A stretch of 63,961 bases of DNA, filler included, from Rhabdomonas costata (Eukaryota): NCBI GenBank assembly GCA_019059605.1. It is 39 parts of 39 records of this genome, joined end to end, with 100 filler letters (N's around TTAATTAATTAA, not from the genome) between each part and the next. Parts side by side here need not be neighbours in the genome. Positions count along the whole stretch, not along the records: positions 39,434 to 40,975 come from JAHMHO010013418.1; positions 41,076 to 42,619 come from JAHMHO010013419.1; positions 42,720 to 44,259 come from JAHMHO010013420.1; positions 44,360 to 45,896 come from JAHMHO010013421.1; positions 45,997 to 47,537 come from JAHMHO010013422.1; positions 47,638 to 49,179 come from JAHMHO010013423.1; positions 49,280 to 50,821 come from JAHMHO010013424.1; positions 50,922 to 52,463 come from JAHMHO010013425.1; 31 more parts are not named here. One strand, 5' to 3'. The notes under the pieces were generated by a model, which was given only the letters and a program-made list of their open reading frames with translations, had not been told where the DNA came from and did no database searches. Positions 39,434 through 52,463 of this stretch are shown piece after piece. Position numbers and translations under genes: made by a program. The stretch's first letter is position 1, and each line of letters begins with the position of its first letter.

Positions 39434-40900
39434 TCAGGGCAAACATGGCGCTGCAGAATTCGTTGGTAGTCGTGACCACAAGTTCAATCTGAACAAAGAA
39501 AAAGAAAACCAGTGAAACAACGTCAACGATATGATCCCGCGCCTCTTGGACCCAAAAAACTCGATTTTCCCTCAAGGACAAGTAAATCGCGGGCCAGGCA
39601 AAAGCACCTTCATGCTCAATGCAAGGAATATATTCCGTGGACGCTTCGCAACCACTGTGAACCCAACCGCATCTCAACAAAATCCAACGCAAAGGGACTG
39701 GGACCCACTTCACACCTCGTGGGAGGACATTGTCGTGGCGAGGACATCCCGGTGCTTCTTGATATCAAGCTCAGTTTGATCCAGGAGTGCGGACCGCGCT
39801 GGGGCCACCGCAGCCCCGGATGCGGCAGGTGGTGGCAAGCTCCGGTTTCTCTCAAAGTGCAACTCCGTAACAGCCTGACACAGGGATGTGAGAGGAACCT
39901 CACAGGAGGGGTACTTCACCATCAGCTGCTGCACGATGTGATGCTGCGTGGCTAAAAGTCCGCACGTCTTCGCGCTTTGCGCGTGGCTCTGCAGTGCATG
40001 CAGGGACAGTAAACTGCCAGTCTTCCACATACTGACGAACACCTCGGGCTTGCAGCGGTGAACTACACGAAAGGTGCTCATCCACTGCGTCACCTCGTCC
40101 ACCACCATAGGCCGTGGCTTGCCATTCTTCTCGAACCACGCTGAGAGTGTGTTCTCCAGGCCCTGGCGGTTCTGAAAAAACAGTGTGCGGATCTCCTTCT
40201 GACCCTCCTTCTCAAACATCTTCACCATAACATTGTGCCCGTACACCGGAGAGGGAGGAATCGAGGGCAGCGGGTGCGCGAACCGCTTGATGTGGTCCAG
40301 GACGTGCCTCTGCAAACATTCGCCCTTGTCCTTGCACAAGGGCCGGATGTCGGGGATGCCCTTGTGGGTGTACGTTGAGAGATGGATCTCAGTGAATGTG
40401 CCACCAGAAAGGTCGCAGTTGTCGCCGAAGAAGCAGTCGTGGCAGATGACATGAATGGACTGCTGTTGGTGCTCCGGAGTTGTGTCTGTGCAGCTTCCTC
40501 CCCAGCTGCAAACGTGGGCCGTTCTACCCAGGTGGCCCTTGTCGTCGCGGGAGCAGTTGAAGGGAGTCTCGGCACATGGCCTTCGAAAGGGGTGGTGGAA
40601 CTCAGCCAAGTGCCGGTTGTCCGAGAAACGCCCGCAGTGGGACCGGAAGTAACACGCCCGCTCTAGATGGCGGAAATTGTGTCCCGGATGCCCGATCATG
40701 GGGCACCTCAACCCCTGAACACAGACAGGGGGGTGAAGAAAGTTCTTTACGTGCATCGGGTCTGCATCGCGAGAGTCCACCTGTGGGCAAGGCAGTGGGT
40801 GCTCAAACCACTTCTGATGCCATGCCCTGGCCATTTCATCGGAAGCCCAGTAGGCGATACACTCTCCCTTTGCAAGGCAGGGGGTTTTGTGGCGGAACAT
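39434..40900 (-). CDS. Protein with tandem PBZ-like (CCHH) zinc fingers followed by a putative ART-like segment (partial)
   Basis: A long exon ends at 39716 (GAG|gtgtga) and the next is 39488-39434. Six C-x5/6-C...H...H units (e.g. CYFRSHCGRFSDNRHLAEFHH, CKDKGECLQRHVLDHIKRFAH) precede VVHRCKPEVFVSMWKTGSLLS. Confidence 0.75.
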
Positions 40901-41454
40901 TCGGCGGTGGACCGAGTCGCTGGGGCACGAACTGACACTCAACTGGCAGGGCGCCGGATGTTCCGCCACAAACCCNNNNNNNNNNNNNNNNNNNNNNNNN
41001 NNNNNNNNNNNNNNNNNNNTTAATTAATTAANNNNNNNNNNNNNNNNNNNNNNNNNNNNNNNNNNNNNNNNNNNNGTGTGGGTGGGGGCACGATTTGTTC
41101 ACACTGTGGTACGCGAGTGTACCAGTGGTTCTGGCTTTTATCCCGAAGTATTGGGGGTTCATGCAAACAAGATCTTGGTCGTTGGCAAAAGATTGCTCAC
41201 CATCGCGCACTGCAACGATCGCATTGCAATTCTAATCGACTAGCAGCGACGGATTCCCATGTACACAGGATGCGCATCTATTGGTGCAGTGGTGCAGCGT
41301 CCAGACGCTGTGACAAACTTTCACCAGCGCACACGGTGCGACGACCATTGCACAACCATCACAGGAGAGGTTGCATACCGGACCAAAGCAAAGAAGATGG
41401 AACACTGGAGTTGCAAACAATATCAGCTGCATACACACACATACACACACACAC

Positions 41455-42132
41455 CAGGTTCGTGATCACATTAAGTCCCAGCTCGTTGAAGCCGCTCTCG
41501 CCGCCGCCCTCTTGCGCGACCCGAATTTGCTCCTGCAGAGCACGTACTTCCTGAGTGAATGAGGAAGGGAAAAAGGCCTTAAGCCGGGCGTATTTACCCA
41601 GACTCTTCAGCGACCACGTTGAAAACCAAAAGAAGCACTGTCGGCAAAGTTCATGTGTGGAGACCGACAACAGGGCACAGTTGTTTAGAAAACCAGAAGA
41701 AACTCGCAAAAATGAAAGCATGCACATGGCAAGGTCAAACACACAGTGGGGTCTGCGAAGGCTGATACTGATGGTACACGACTGGAAAGAAAACTGCATG
41801 CAGACGTGGAGTACTCTTCCCATCGCCCATAATCCTCGCCCATATCTACCGCCATCTGATGCAAGCCACGCGGAAACATCACTAAGGGGAGCGCACACCA
41901 CACGCCCCCTGACCCCCTGAGTGGACGCGCCCAAAAGGGCACCACTGACGACTGGTAACAAACCCACTAAAACAGACCCACCCACCCACATGGAGGGAAC
42001 TGCAACCTCCTCGTAGCGCTGGGTCAGACGGGCCCCCTCCTGCTCGCGTTGCCGGCGGTACTCCAGCTCACGGCGGTCCAGTGTCCGCGACAGCACCGCC
42101 CGCTGCTGGTCCTCGCGGTGTGCCCGGAGGTC
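41455..42132 (-). CDS. Two exons of an unknown coiled-coil protein
   Basis: Exons 42132-42007 and 41550-41455, phase 0, GT-AG: DLRAHREDQQRAVLSR...RYEE|EVRALQEQIRVAQE. Confidence 0.55.
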
Positions 42133-42750
42133 CTTTGGGGGTTTAAGAGGTTGGGCGGCGTTTAAGACATTGAGACGCAATTTTTGCAAATTGTGGGCGA
42201 CCCACCGGGCATTTCGATAATCCCTGAACCCAAAACAGGAGTTGGTGTGAGCCCATCGGTGAGTATGCGCGCGTGTCGGCGGATCTGTGTCTGGGCGGTC
42301 TGGGTATGAATGACAGATGCATACTAGCAAAGTCAAGTTGTCCATTGTTGAAGGTGCAAAATTAACAAGCAAATTAACAAGCACGAGAGAAGTACGGGAG
42401 AATACGGGAAAACAGCACATTGTGAGGGAGGCAGCGCAATTATGAATTTCCTTGTGGAAGAAGCCAATAATTGTGAATTCTGAATTATGAACGCCCCTCA
42501 TGCGAAGGTAAAAACACACTCCTCGATCTAGGAGGGGGGGAGAAACCTCAGATTCCATGAGGAACTGCGCAGGTCTTCCCTCCAGATGCACAACCACCCA
42601 AACCAAACACACCCACCACNNNNNNNNNNNNNNNNNNNNNNNNNNNNNNNNNNNNNNNNNNNNTTAATTAATTAANNNNNNNNNNNNNNNNNNNNNNNNN
42701 NNNNNNNNNNNNNNNNNNNATCTCAGCCCCCCCCCCCCCCCCGAAGACAC

Positions 42751-44259
42751 CGATTGTCTTTATCTTGTAGACCTTGAAGTATTCCGCGACCGTGTCCATG
42801 GCACCTGGGAAACAGTGAAGGACTTGTACCCCAACCCAGAAAGAATCGACCTCAAAAGAAAACAGTTTGTTAGGTGCACAGAAGAGATTTCCTGCCAGTT
42901 TCCTTTTAGAAGGCTTCAGCATCTTCAGTGTGTGGCGGTCCAAGCGAAGGTGAATGGAAGTGGTCCTTTCCGGAGAGATACGGCTGGGATCTGCTACTGT
43001 TCGCAATGAAGCAAGGATTCAAGTATTCAATACTGGAGGATAATCCTCCCAAGGCAAATCCTATCCCACTGACCTAACAGCCGAGCACCCAAAACAATAA
43101 ATATCGGCATGGCTGACATGATCAACATACAGACTTCGACGAGCTGTTGACAAGGTGGAAAACGAAGAGAATTGAGAGAGAGAGAGGACGCCTGCCACAA
43201 ACCAAAGCTGTAGCCAATCCACTCCACCAGCTCCATGGCTGTCAGGGCAATGGAGGTGGCGGTGAAGTTACATATGTCGGAGAAGAAAACAGTGGCCTGA
43301 GTATAATTCCCGCCCCGCAATAGCACACATTCCCTGTTCTGACGAATCAGTGAGCCGAGGTGCTCCGCAGTTTGCGCTTGAGTTCTGAGACACGTTAATC
43401 CCCCGTGAACAACCCGTGAACAGCAACCGAATATAGTCAAATGTCCTCTAGGGGTTACGGTTACGAAGGGGGCTGCAGCCTTCACTGTATTCCCGCGTCC
43501 TCTATCAGGGATGGCAGAAGAAAGCACCTCTATGTTTTAGGTCTCGTATTACAAACAGACGTTCAAGAGATATCGCTCTTTCGTCTCTTCCAGACAAGAC
43601 TAGAGTCCTTGATCAGCGCGTTACTCCTTCCCTCCCTAATTTTGTGCCGGTTGTCCGCACACACACTGCGTGTTCTTATGTAATTTCCTCCATGCAGGGG
43701 CGAAGGCGGGTATGCCGGGTTTCAGCGTCGTGTCCAGTTTACTTTTATTTTTTGATGATGTACAGTTTTATTTTCTTCCTGCGTTTATCGCCTGCTTTTC
43801 GAGGGAGGAAAGGGCTCCGGGCGGGACACTTCCGTACCACTGGTGGGCGAGTTGTGACGCAGGTGGGAGGTCACCCAAACCATGGGCGCGAACTAAACAG
43901 CGCGCTTTCACAAAAGACAGCTGTTGGCATAACTTTTTCGACCACCCGATGCGTTTTGAGCCAGAGTGGTCAAAGAAGGAAAGGCAAAAGTGGAAAACTT
44001 CCTACCTCGGGAAGCTGCAGCACAATTTGCTTGTCCCCCTGCAAGATCCGCTCGGTGGCGAATGACGGGTACAACCCCGAAACCAACTGTGGAGATGGGG
44101 GGGGATAAATAAGGAATACAAAACAAAACGATATTCCAAACCCCTCCCCTCCCCTCCCGCACCGAATATAAACGATAAGTACACCTCCTGGAACTTCTCC
44201 TTCTGCTGCTGCACAGCTTCCTTTCCTCGCTGCCACGTATCCATCATCGACCGAAGCAT
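42751..44259 (-). CDS. Class III adenylate/guanylate cyclase, N-terminal half of the catalytic domain, four exons
   Basis: Exons 44259-44185, 44086-44006, 43296-43203 and 42804-42751 give QQKEKFQE|LVSGLYPSFATERILQGDKQIVLQLPE|ATVFFSDICNFT...|GAMDTVAEYFKVYKIKTIG; FSDIxxFT and KIKTIG motifs, all GT-AG. Confidence 0.92.
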
Positions 44260-47200
44260 NNNNNNNNNNNNNNNNNNNNNNNNNNNNNNNNNNNNNNNNN
44301 NNNTTAATTAATTAANNNNNNNNNNNNNNNNNNNNNNNNNNNNNNNNNNNNNNNNNNNNGTTTTGGGTGGATCCCATTCTGCCCCTATGGACATCCTGCA
44401 ATGCTGAGGACTATGTAGAGCAGTGCGCTTCGGGTTGTTCGGCGTGAAATATAGAAAGGGGGGAGGGGATGGTGGCCCACGGGGATGCAGAACACACTGA
44501 CCAAACACCAAACCCGTCGAAGGAAGAGCACGGGGAACAGAAGGGGAACGTCAGAAAAAGGGAAAGAGGAAGAGGGGGGGCAACACTGTGCTCCCGGGCT
44601 ATGTGTGGCGGTGGGGTGCTCCAGTTGAATTCGTGTGTGTGTACTACATGGATTACCAGAAGTAAGTACCGGCACGAGCGGAGCGGGTGCAGGCTTGTCG
44701 CAGCAGGAAAACTCCGCTGACTATGATGCATCTTCAAGTCACTCTCACGACTATACACCCACAAGGTAGTGAGTGCAAGAGAGAGAGGGGGGGACGAATG
44801 ATACGCAAATACATAAGCCACTCCCCAGCCTTCACAAGATCGCAGGGAGAAAACATGAACGAAAGAAGCAGCGGGACGATAGATCTCCCAGCAGGGCACT
44901 CCCGGTGGAACACTGGGAGCGCTGCAACACCCGTCAAGCAATGACGGCGGATGAAAAACAAAACAACTCAAGACAAGGGCATTGGTGAAGAAAAAAAGGG
45001 CCGGTGCGGGAGGACACGACGAAAAAGTCGCAGTAAGCTCCTTGTCACTCCCTTTCTCCAGTGCTTAGGGTTGTGGGTTCGAGTCGCAGAAGCGGACGAT
45101 CTTCCTCGGCCTCTCCTGCATGCGAGGGGAGGCCTCCATGGAGGTCAGCCTGACACCCCAACCCCGTCATTCTGTTAGGCAAAACGTTTCCTGCTTCAAG
45201 TTCGCAGCGCCAACTAGAGCGGGTGTTGCTGGGTTTGCTCATGTCACTGAAATTTCTTCATCCCGCTCGCTTTCTTACCCAATTTTGCCGCCTGGTGCAC
45301 GCGCAAAGGATCACCTCCAAACAAACTTTCCCAACTCATCAACCGACCAGTATTAGTCTCTCTTGTACAACGGGAGGAGACGCTCAGCAAGAAAGCAACT
45401 ACGCCGCATCCTCCCCAAACATTACCACATTCTTCAAATGCGCACACCCACACATAATTTCTTCGTCTATTGATACACGAAGTTTTATCCATCGTTGATT
45501 GTGCTGCAAGAAAAGCCGGCTAAATGCGTGCAAAGGGCTCCCTTAGAGCCACAACGTAACCTGACCATGGCATACAAAAGCAAAACACACTCGCAGAAAA
45601 GGAGAAAAAAACTATCGATACATACGTTGACGAAAAAGCACCAAAGGCCGTGGCGGACTCAGAACTGCGAACCTTTCCCTGATGAAAAAAGTATATCTAG
45701 CCCCATTTTGCTAAAATGCATCTCGAGGAGGTTGACATGGTTACCTAATCCCCGCGTAAAATTAAAAGTAGCGCCAAAAAAGTCACCGGTTCGGTCGTTT
45801 AGCGTTTGCCCACCATGGACAATTTCAAAAATCCGCAAAAGTCAAAAGCGTGCGAAACGTTTAACGCCCCCCCCACACCAATATAATCACCCCACANNNN
45901 NNNNNNNNNNNNNNNNNNNNNNNNNNNNNNNNNNNNNNNNTTAATTAATTAANNNNNNNNNNNNNNNNNNNNNNNNNNNNNNNNNNNNNNNNNNNNAAGG
46001 CAAAAGCGTGAGTCCCTGCCACAAGAAGGCATTGAAAGGCAGTCAGCTCGTTAGGGGGTGTGGCACTTACCACCCTCAGCAGCTCCCATCGTCGAAGGAC
46101 CTCCCAGAAGTGGTTCCTCCGCCGCTGAAGGTGTTATAGGCCAGCTGAGAGAAGACGGAGGCCGAGGTCGCGGGCGGGACCCAGTCGAAGGTTCCGGTGT
46201 AGCCATGGGACCCCCACCGGCCGATCTGATCCTCCATCAGCAGAGTGGGGTACAGGTCACGAAGCCTCCACAACCGAAACGTCGTCTCCCTCTGTACACT
46301 CTACGAAAGAGGGATTTCATTTCTCACGAATGGGCAGTATAACGACACCACTCCAAGCGAGAAGTCCAAGCCTTTTATGACACTTTACGACAGAGGGATT
46401 TCACTGCTCAAGAGCAGGGGAGAAACCGTCAGCAGGCACAGTTTTGCCCGCAGCGAGAAACCATATATTGTAGGCCCCACCGTAAACTGAGACTTTTTGT
46501 TGACATAGACAGAATCAGGTTCTCCGGTTAAACCTTGTGGCTGTGCCGCGATCCCAATAGGAGGATGGATTGGGGGCAAATGGCAGCTTCTACGCCGAAA
46601 AACTTACGCAACCACTTCATCTCGCGACACATTCGTTGTTCGCCAAGCTACACTGCCAACTGGGGGTACGTCCCTCTACTCAGAGATACCCATTCGAAAC
46701 CAGCGGCAGGGATATAAGGGCAAAAAAGACTGATCGCAATGTCACAGACTAATCTCTAGTTTGCGGGTGGAGCTAACCTTAGTTGTACGAAAATCGGGGA
46801 CACCGCAGCTGAAACGACCTCTCTCTCTCTCTCTCCGCATAAACGCCCACATGCCCGCCCGCAAATAAACATATAGCAAGGCCGTTAAGTGAAAGAAGGG
46901 GGACGAGCATGCCTTTCAATGCCCCTGGGCCACCTTACAATATTCCTTCAAAATTCCTTCACAGTGTGACACAGCAAACTTGAGCGCTTTCACCTACAAA
47001 TGTACATATGCCCCAGCTGAGCGGGAACGAAGCTTAAATTCGTAATACAGTAGGCAACCACCGCCAAGGCGGCCTTGCGAGGTAGAAAACCAATTAGAAA
47101 ACCCTTTAGATGTGGTCTGGAGCCGAATTGCTGTGGGTTTTGCAGCTGGTAGAGGGGTACTCTGTTTTGGCTGCGGTTGTGCCCGATAGTCAGACCGCAA

Positions 47201-47650
47201 CCGCACGAACACAGGAAATTCTCAACAGAAGGTGAGCTGCCGAGCATTGTATGTATGTAAAAACTGTTTTACCGGTATGTGCCACCCCTAATTCCACCAC
47301 AACCACAACACAATCTCGTGGCCGCGTAGGTCTAAATGCGAGAACAAGGGTCTTCCTCAGATATATGACCAGCGTATTCCCAAAAGGTAGGGATAGGCGC
47401 ACCAAGAACATACCAAAAAAAAGCAAAATCACCTCCAGCACCCGTTCTAACCTTCCGAGTCTGACAATCCCTAATATAGAGTGCGCCCAATTCGGTTGTT
47501 AATGCCGACGCTGAAGTCGTCAAAATTATATGACATTNNNNNNNNNNNNNNNNNNNNNNNNNNNNNNNNNNNNNNNNNNNNTTAATTAATTAANNNNNNN
47601 NNNNNNNNNNNNNNNNNNNNNNNNNNNNNNNNNNNNNTGTTTTGGGGTAT

Positions 47651-47850
47651 ATTACGGTATAAATGTAACGGTGCTATATGGTATTAACGGCGTTATACCG
47701 TATACCGGTGTTTTATCGTATAACGGTGTTATCTCGTATAACGGCGTAATACGGTACAAAGATTCATACCGTATAACGGTGAAACACCGTATAGGGGTGT
47801 TGTGCAGTATAACGGCGTTATGCCGTATAACAGCGTTATACCGTTTAACG
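47651..47850. repeat. Degenerate array of short quasi-palindromic TATAACGGYGTTATA units
   Basis: Repeated ataacggcgttat / tataccg motifs occur in both orientations. Confidence 0.75.
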
Positions 47851-47996
47851 ACCCCCCCCCCCAATAGAAAAGGAAACCGGTATAAGAGGCAGTCAAGGGA
47901 TAGAGAAAGCAGGTAAGGGGTGAGAGTCAATGCCACAAACCCGATGATCGGCCTCTATTTTTGACGAGAGGTGGGCGAGCGGGGCGGGGGGCATTC

Positions 47997-49100
<1,104 letters not shown>

Positions 49101-51539
49101 CTAACTCCATGGATATCCATCACCACTGGCAATCGTAATCCACCCCACCCACGATCCCACTGAAGGGTCAACCCCACAANNNNNNNNNNNNNNNNNNNNN
49201 NNNNNNNNNNNNNNNNNNNNNNNTTAATTAATTAANNNNNNNNNNNNNNNNNNNNNNNNNNNNNNNNNNNNNNNNNNNNCGTGAGTAAATTGCCTCATTT
49301 TAAATGGGACACCTGGTATGGACGGAAGCCTTGATGAGAAAGCCATCTCGCTTTCTTAATGCGAACGCGCATGGCGAATGCGAATGAGATGTCATGTCAT
49401 GTGCAATAAAGCCATGGCCAGATTCCTCAAGAAATAGGAGCAAGGGGGGGGGGGGACAAAATGACTGGAAACGTCGAACAATTCCCCGCGATTTTTAGTT
49501 TTTCAGTGATCATAAATGAGTTCCAAAGAAGCAATACGCAAAGGGCACAGTCTTCATCCGAGTAACTTCCACCAAGAGCAAGCAAGCAGAGGAGTATAGA
49601 GGTTTGGGATAAATGAATGGTTAAAGTGGGGCCACACGAGTACGCCCAAAGGCAGTACCTGCAGCGGCAGTTGGTGATGGGAGGAACTGTCCTGTAAAAC
49701 CAAAAGAAAATTTTTTCGTGCACAGTATCGCTATCGCAAGTGAAGGCTGATTGAAAGTCATCCCGAACAACACATATTTGGGAATTAACAGCATCGTATG
49801 TTAATGCTTTGCATCGATGTCTCCAGGAGGCAAAGGCCAAAAGCACGTTTGTAAGCGAAAAAAATTTCCGCCTTCCCATCAAGTGCACGTGATTTGCCTT
49901 GTACATGTACAGGCGCGCGGTCGCTCAAGCGTAATCTAGGGGATCATACAGCTCCTTTGATAGCCTTTTTAGAGTGGTGTGTTGGTCACCCTCTAGTTTC
50001 CACTCAAATGCGCGCGTTCAAGCAAAACAACTCGCCGTCGGCGAGAGAGTAAACGCGAACCCACGAGCTGATATCCCCTCCATAAATCATGGCACACCTG
50101 CGCCTGTAATCAGTGCTCCGCCAGCGCCACCCGACATTACAGCGGAAGCTAACAACAAAAATAAACCGCAGAGAAGCACCTCCCAATTAAGCAGCAAACA
50201 CGGCGGACAGCTCACTTCATCGTTGACTTCCGAACTAATAATGACCACCGAAAAAATTGGGCAAATTATCCATGGAAGCCACCATCCTCCACCAATCGAG
50301 AAACAGGTAATGGTATGCAAAAACATTAGATAAGACGAAACCATCGCGATCCAAAACAAGACCAGAAACAGAAAAACTAAATCTAAGATAAAAACGATAA
50401 CCACACATCACACCGCTCGGGGAAACGCACACTGCAGGGGCCGTGACCCGAACTGCAAGGAAATAACAAAGCTCAGACGCGTGACGTGCCACCAAACGGG
50501 TGCAGGTATGAAAGAGCCATTGGCGTTATCAGTCGTAAACCTTTGTTGGTAAAGTCCCCCCCTCACCTGAGGGACAGGCATAAGTCGCTTCCTGTGCTCC
50601 ACAGGTGGATGCGCGTCCCAGGGGTTGCATGCAATGCTGAGAAAAATATTGGCAAATCAATCTTAGACAGCTGTTTACGATCAAAAGCAAACCTCTGCTA
50701 CATATGGGGGGGGGTGCCCGTTATGTGTGTGTGGGAGCTTGCCATCGCCAAAAATTTTTCCCATTGGACTATGCGTTAAAAAAAAACACCGTCAGATTGG
50801 TTGACCTTCGAACCCAAAACTNNNNNNNNNNNNNNNNNNNNNNNNNNNNNNNNNNNNNNNNNNNNTTAATTAATTAANNNNNNNNNNNNNNNNNNNNNNN
50901 NNNNNNNNNNNNNNNNNNNNNGTTTTGTGTGTAGATGACTCTAGACTATGTGTTCTGACTATATGACTCCACGACGCAGGCTTTTGCTTTTGGTGGCCGA
51001 AATTGATGCAAGGAAGAGAAAGGTACAAGCGGTACTATTTTCAATGATTGGAAATTAGGCCGTTGAATCATAGTGCGCAGCAATCCAAATTAGTGACCCG
51101 CGCCCCGCCTAACTCGGTGTAGTTGTGTCTGTTGTTCATTTTTGGTTTGCGTCTTTTCCCGCAAATTTCCGGTTTTCCGGACAAAGGTGCAGGTAAACTT
51201 CCCGACGCGAGCCAGGACCAAATTCCGCATTGTGTTTCTTCTCTCGTTGTTGTTATTCTCCTGCCTTCTTGGGGAATCTTGCGTCGTTCAACATATGTTT
51301 ATCCCCCTTTTCTCTGTTGTTGTTTTTGGGCTGGTCAACCCCGGCACCTGCCCACAAGGGGAGGCGTACTACTATCATAGAACATTGCGACCGTTTGTAT
51401 GGTGCGACCCATCACCCGACTCCCCTCCGGTCGTGCTCCCTCTTCTTCTCTTCCTCTTCTTCCAATTTGGGACCGCTCCCCCGTGGACGTACGCGCTTGC
51501 ATCCGCCGTCAAGAGTGCACCACTTCTTCGTCACCACCA

Positions 51540-52463
51540 GCACTAGCCCACTCATACTCCCCAGCATCCACCACCACCAAGCACACCACAAATGCCACAC
51601 ACAACCCACATCCAGCAACCCACAGTAGCACAGAACCCCATCGCAAAGTAACCCGCAATGCAAACGCATGCACCAAAGGACACCAACCATGCAACACCCT
51701 ACATCAATGACACCTGTACACGTCCACCCAACCCGCCTGCACAGTACCCACACCACCAGCCAACCCCGTAGCAACCACAGCACACACCCTGAACCCAGAA
51801 CACACCCTGACCACTGCACACACCCCAGCACACGCACACACCCCAGCACACGCACACACCCCAGAACACGCACATACCACACCTGCAGCCATCCCACACA
51901 TAAACTCTCCCAGCACAACAAGGAAACGGAAGAAACCACCCACACCAAGCCCAAGCACCACAAACCCATGCAAGCCCACGCCACAAAGCCAAACAAAGAC
52001 ACCATGCAAGCCACAACCAGCACCACTTGAGCACATCTTGACACCGTAGAAACCGTGAACGTAGCGAAGGAGATCATGAACACAACAAAAGCGAGCACCC
52101 CCAACCACGAACACAGAAGGCCGAACCCGAAGACGTTCCCAGCACCACAGAAGCAGAAGCAAAACCCAGAATCAAGCCACAACCTCACGACCACCACGGA
52201 ACCCACACTGACCCACACAAGCACCACAAAAGCACTAGTACACACATAAGAAGAAGCAGACGTAGCTAAAGAACCCAGAAAACAAAGGAACCTTGAACCC
52301 TGACCAATAACCGTGAACCCAAAAACGAACCCTTTGAGACACGAACCGCGCAACCACCCAATTCACTGCAGAACCCTCACCCACACCTACACTACACCTA
52401 CGCCCACACTCACCCCCAAGCCCACACCCACAACCACTCCAACCACAACACAGTCCTCCAAAC
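51540..52463. repeat. ~0.9-kb A/C-rich, T-poor low-complexity tract with short internal tandem repeats
   Basis: Strong strand asymmetry; an 18-bp unit CACCCCAGCACACGCACA is repeated around 51820-51875. Confidence 0.8.

Noticed and set aside
41359-42612. 417-aa ORF as a single protein
   Set aside because: It reads through introns and primer-derived sequence; only two or three short exons look coding.
51412-52353. 313-aa Val/Cys/Gly/Trp-rich ORF
   Set aside because: It is a by-product of the A-poor minus strand, which rarely forms stop codons.
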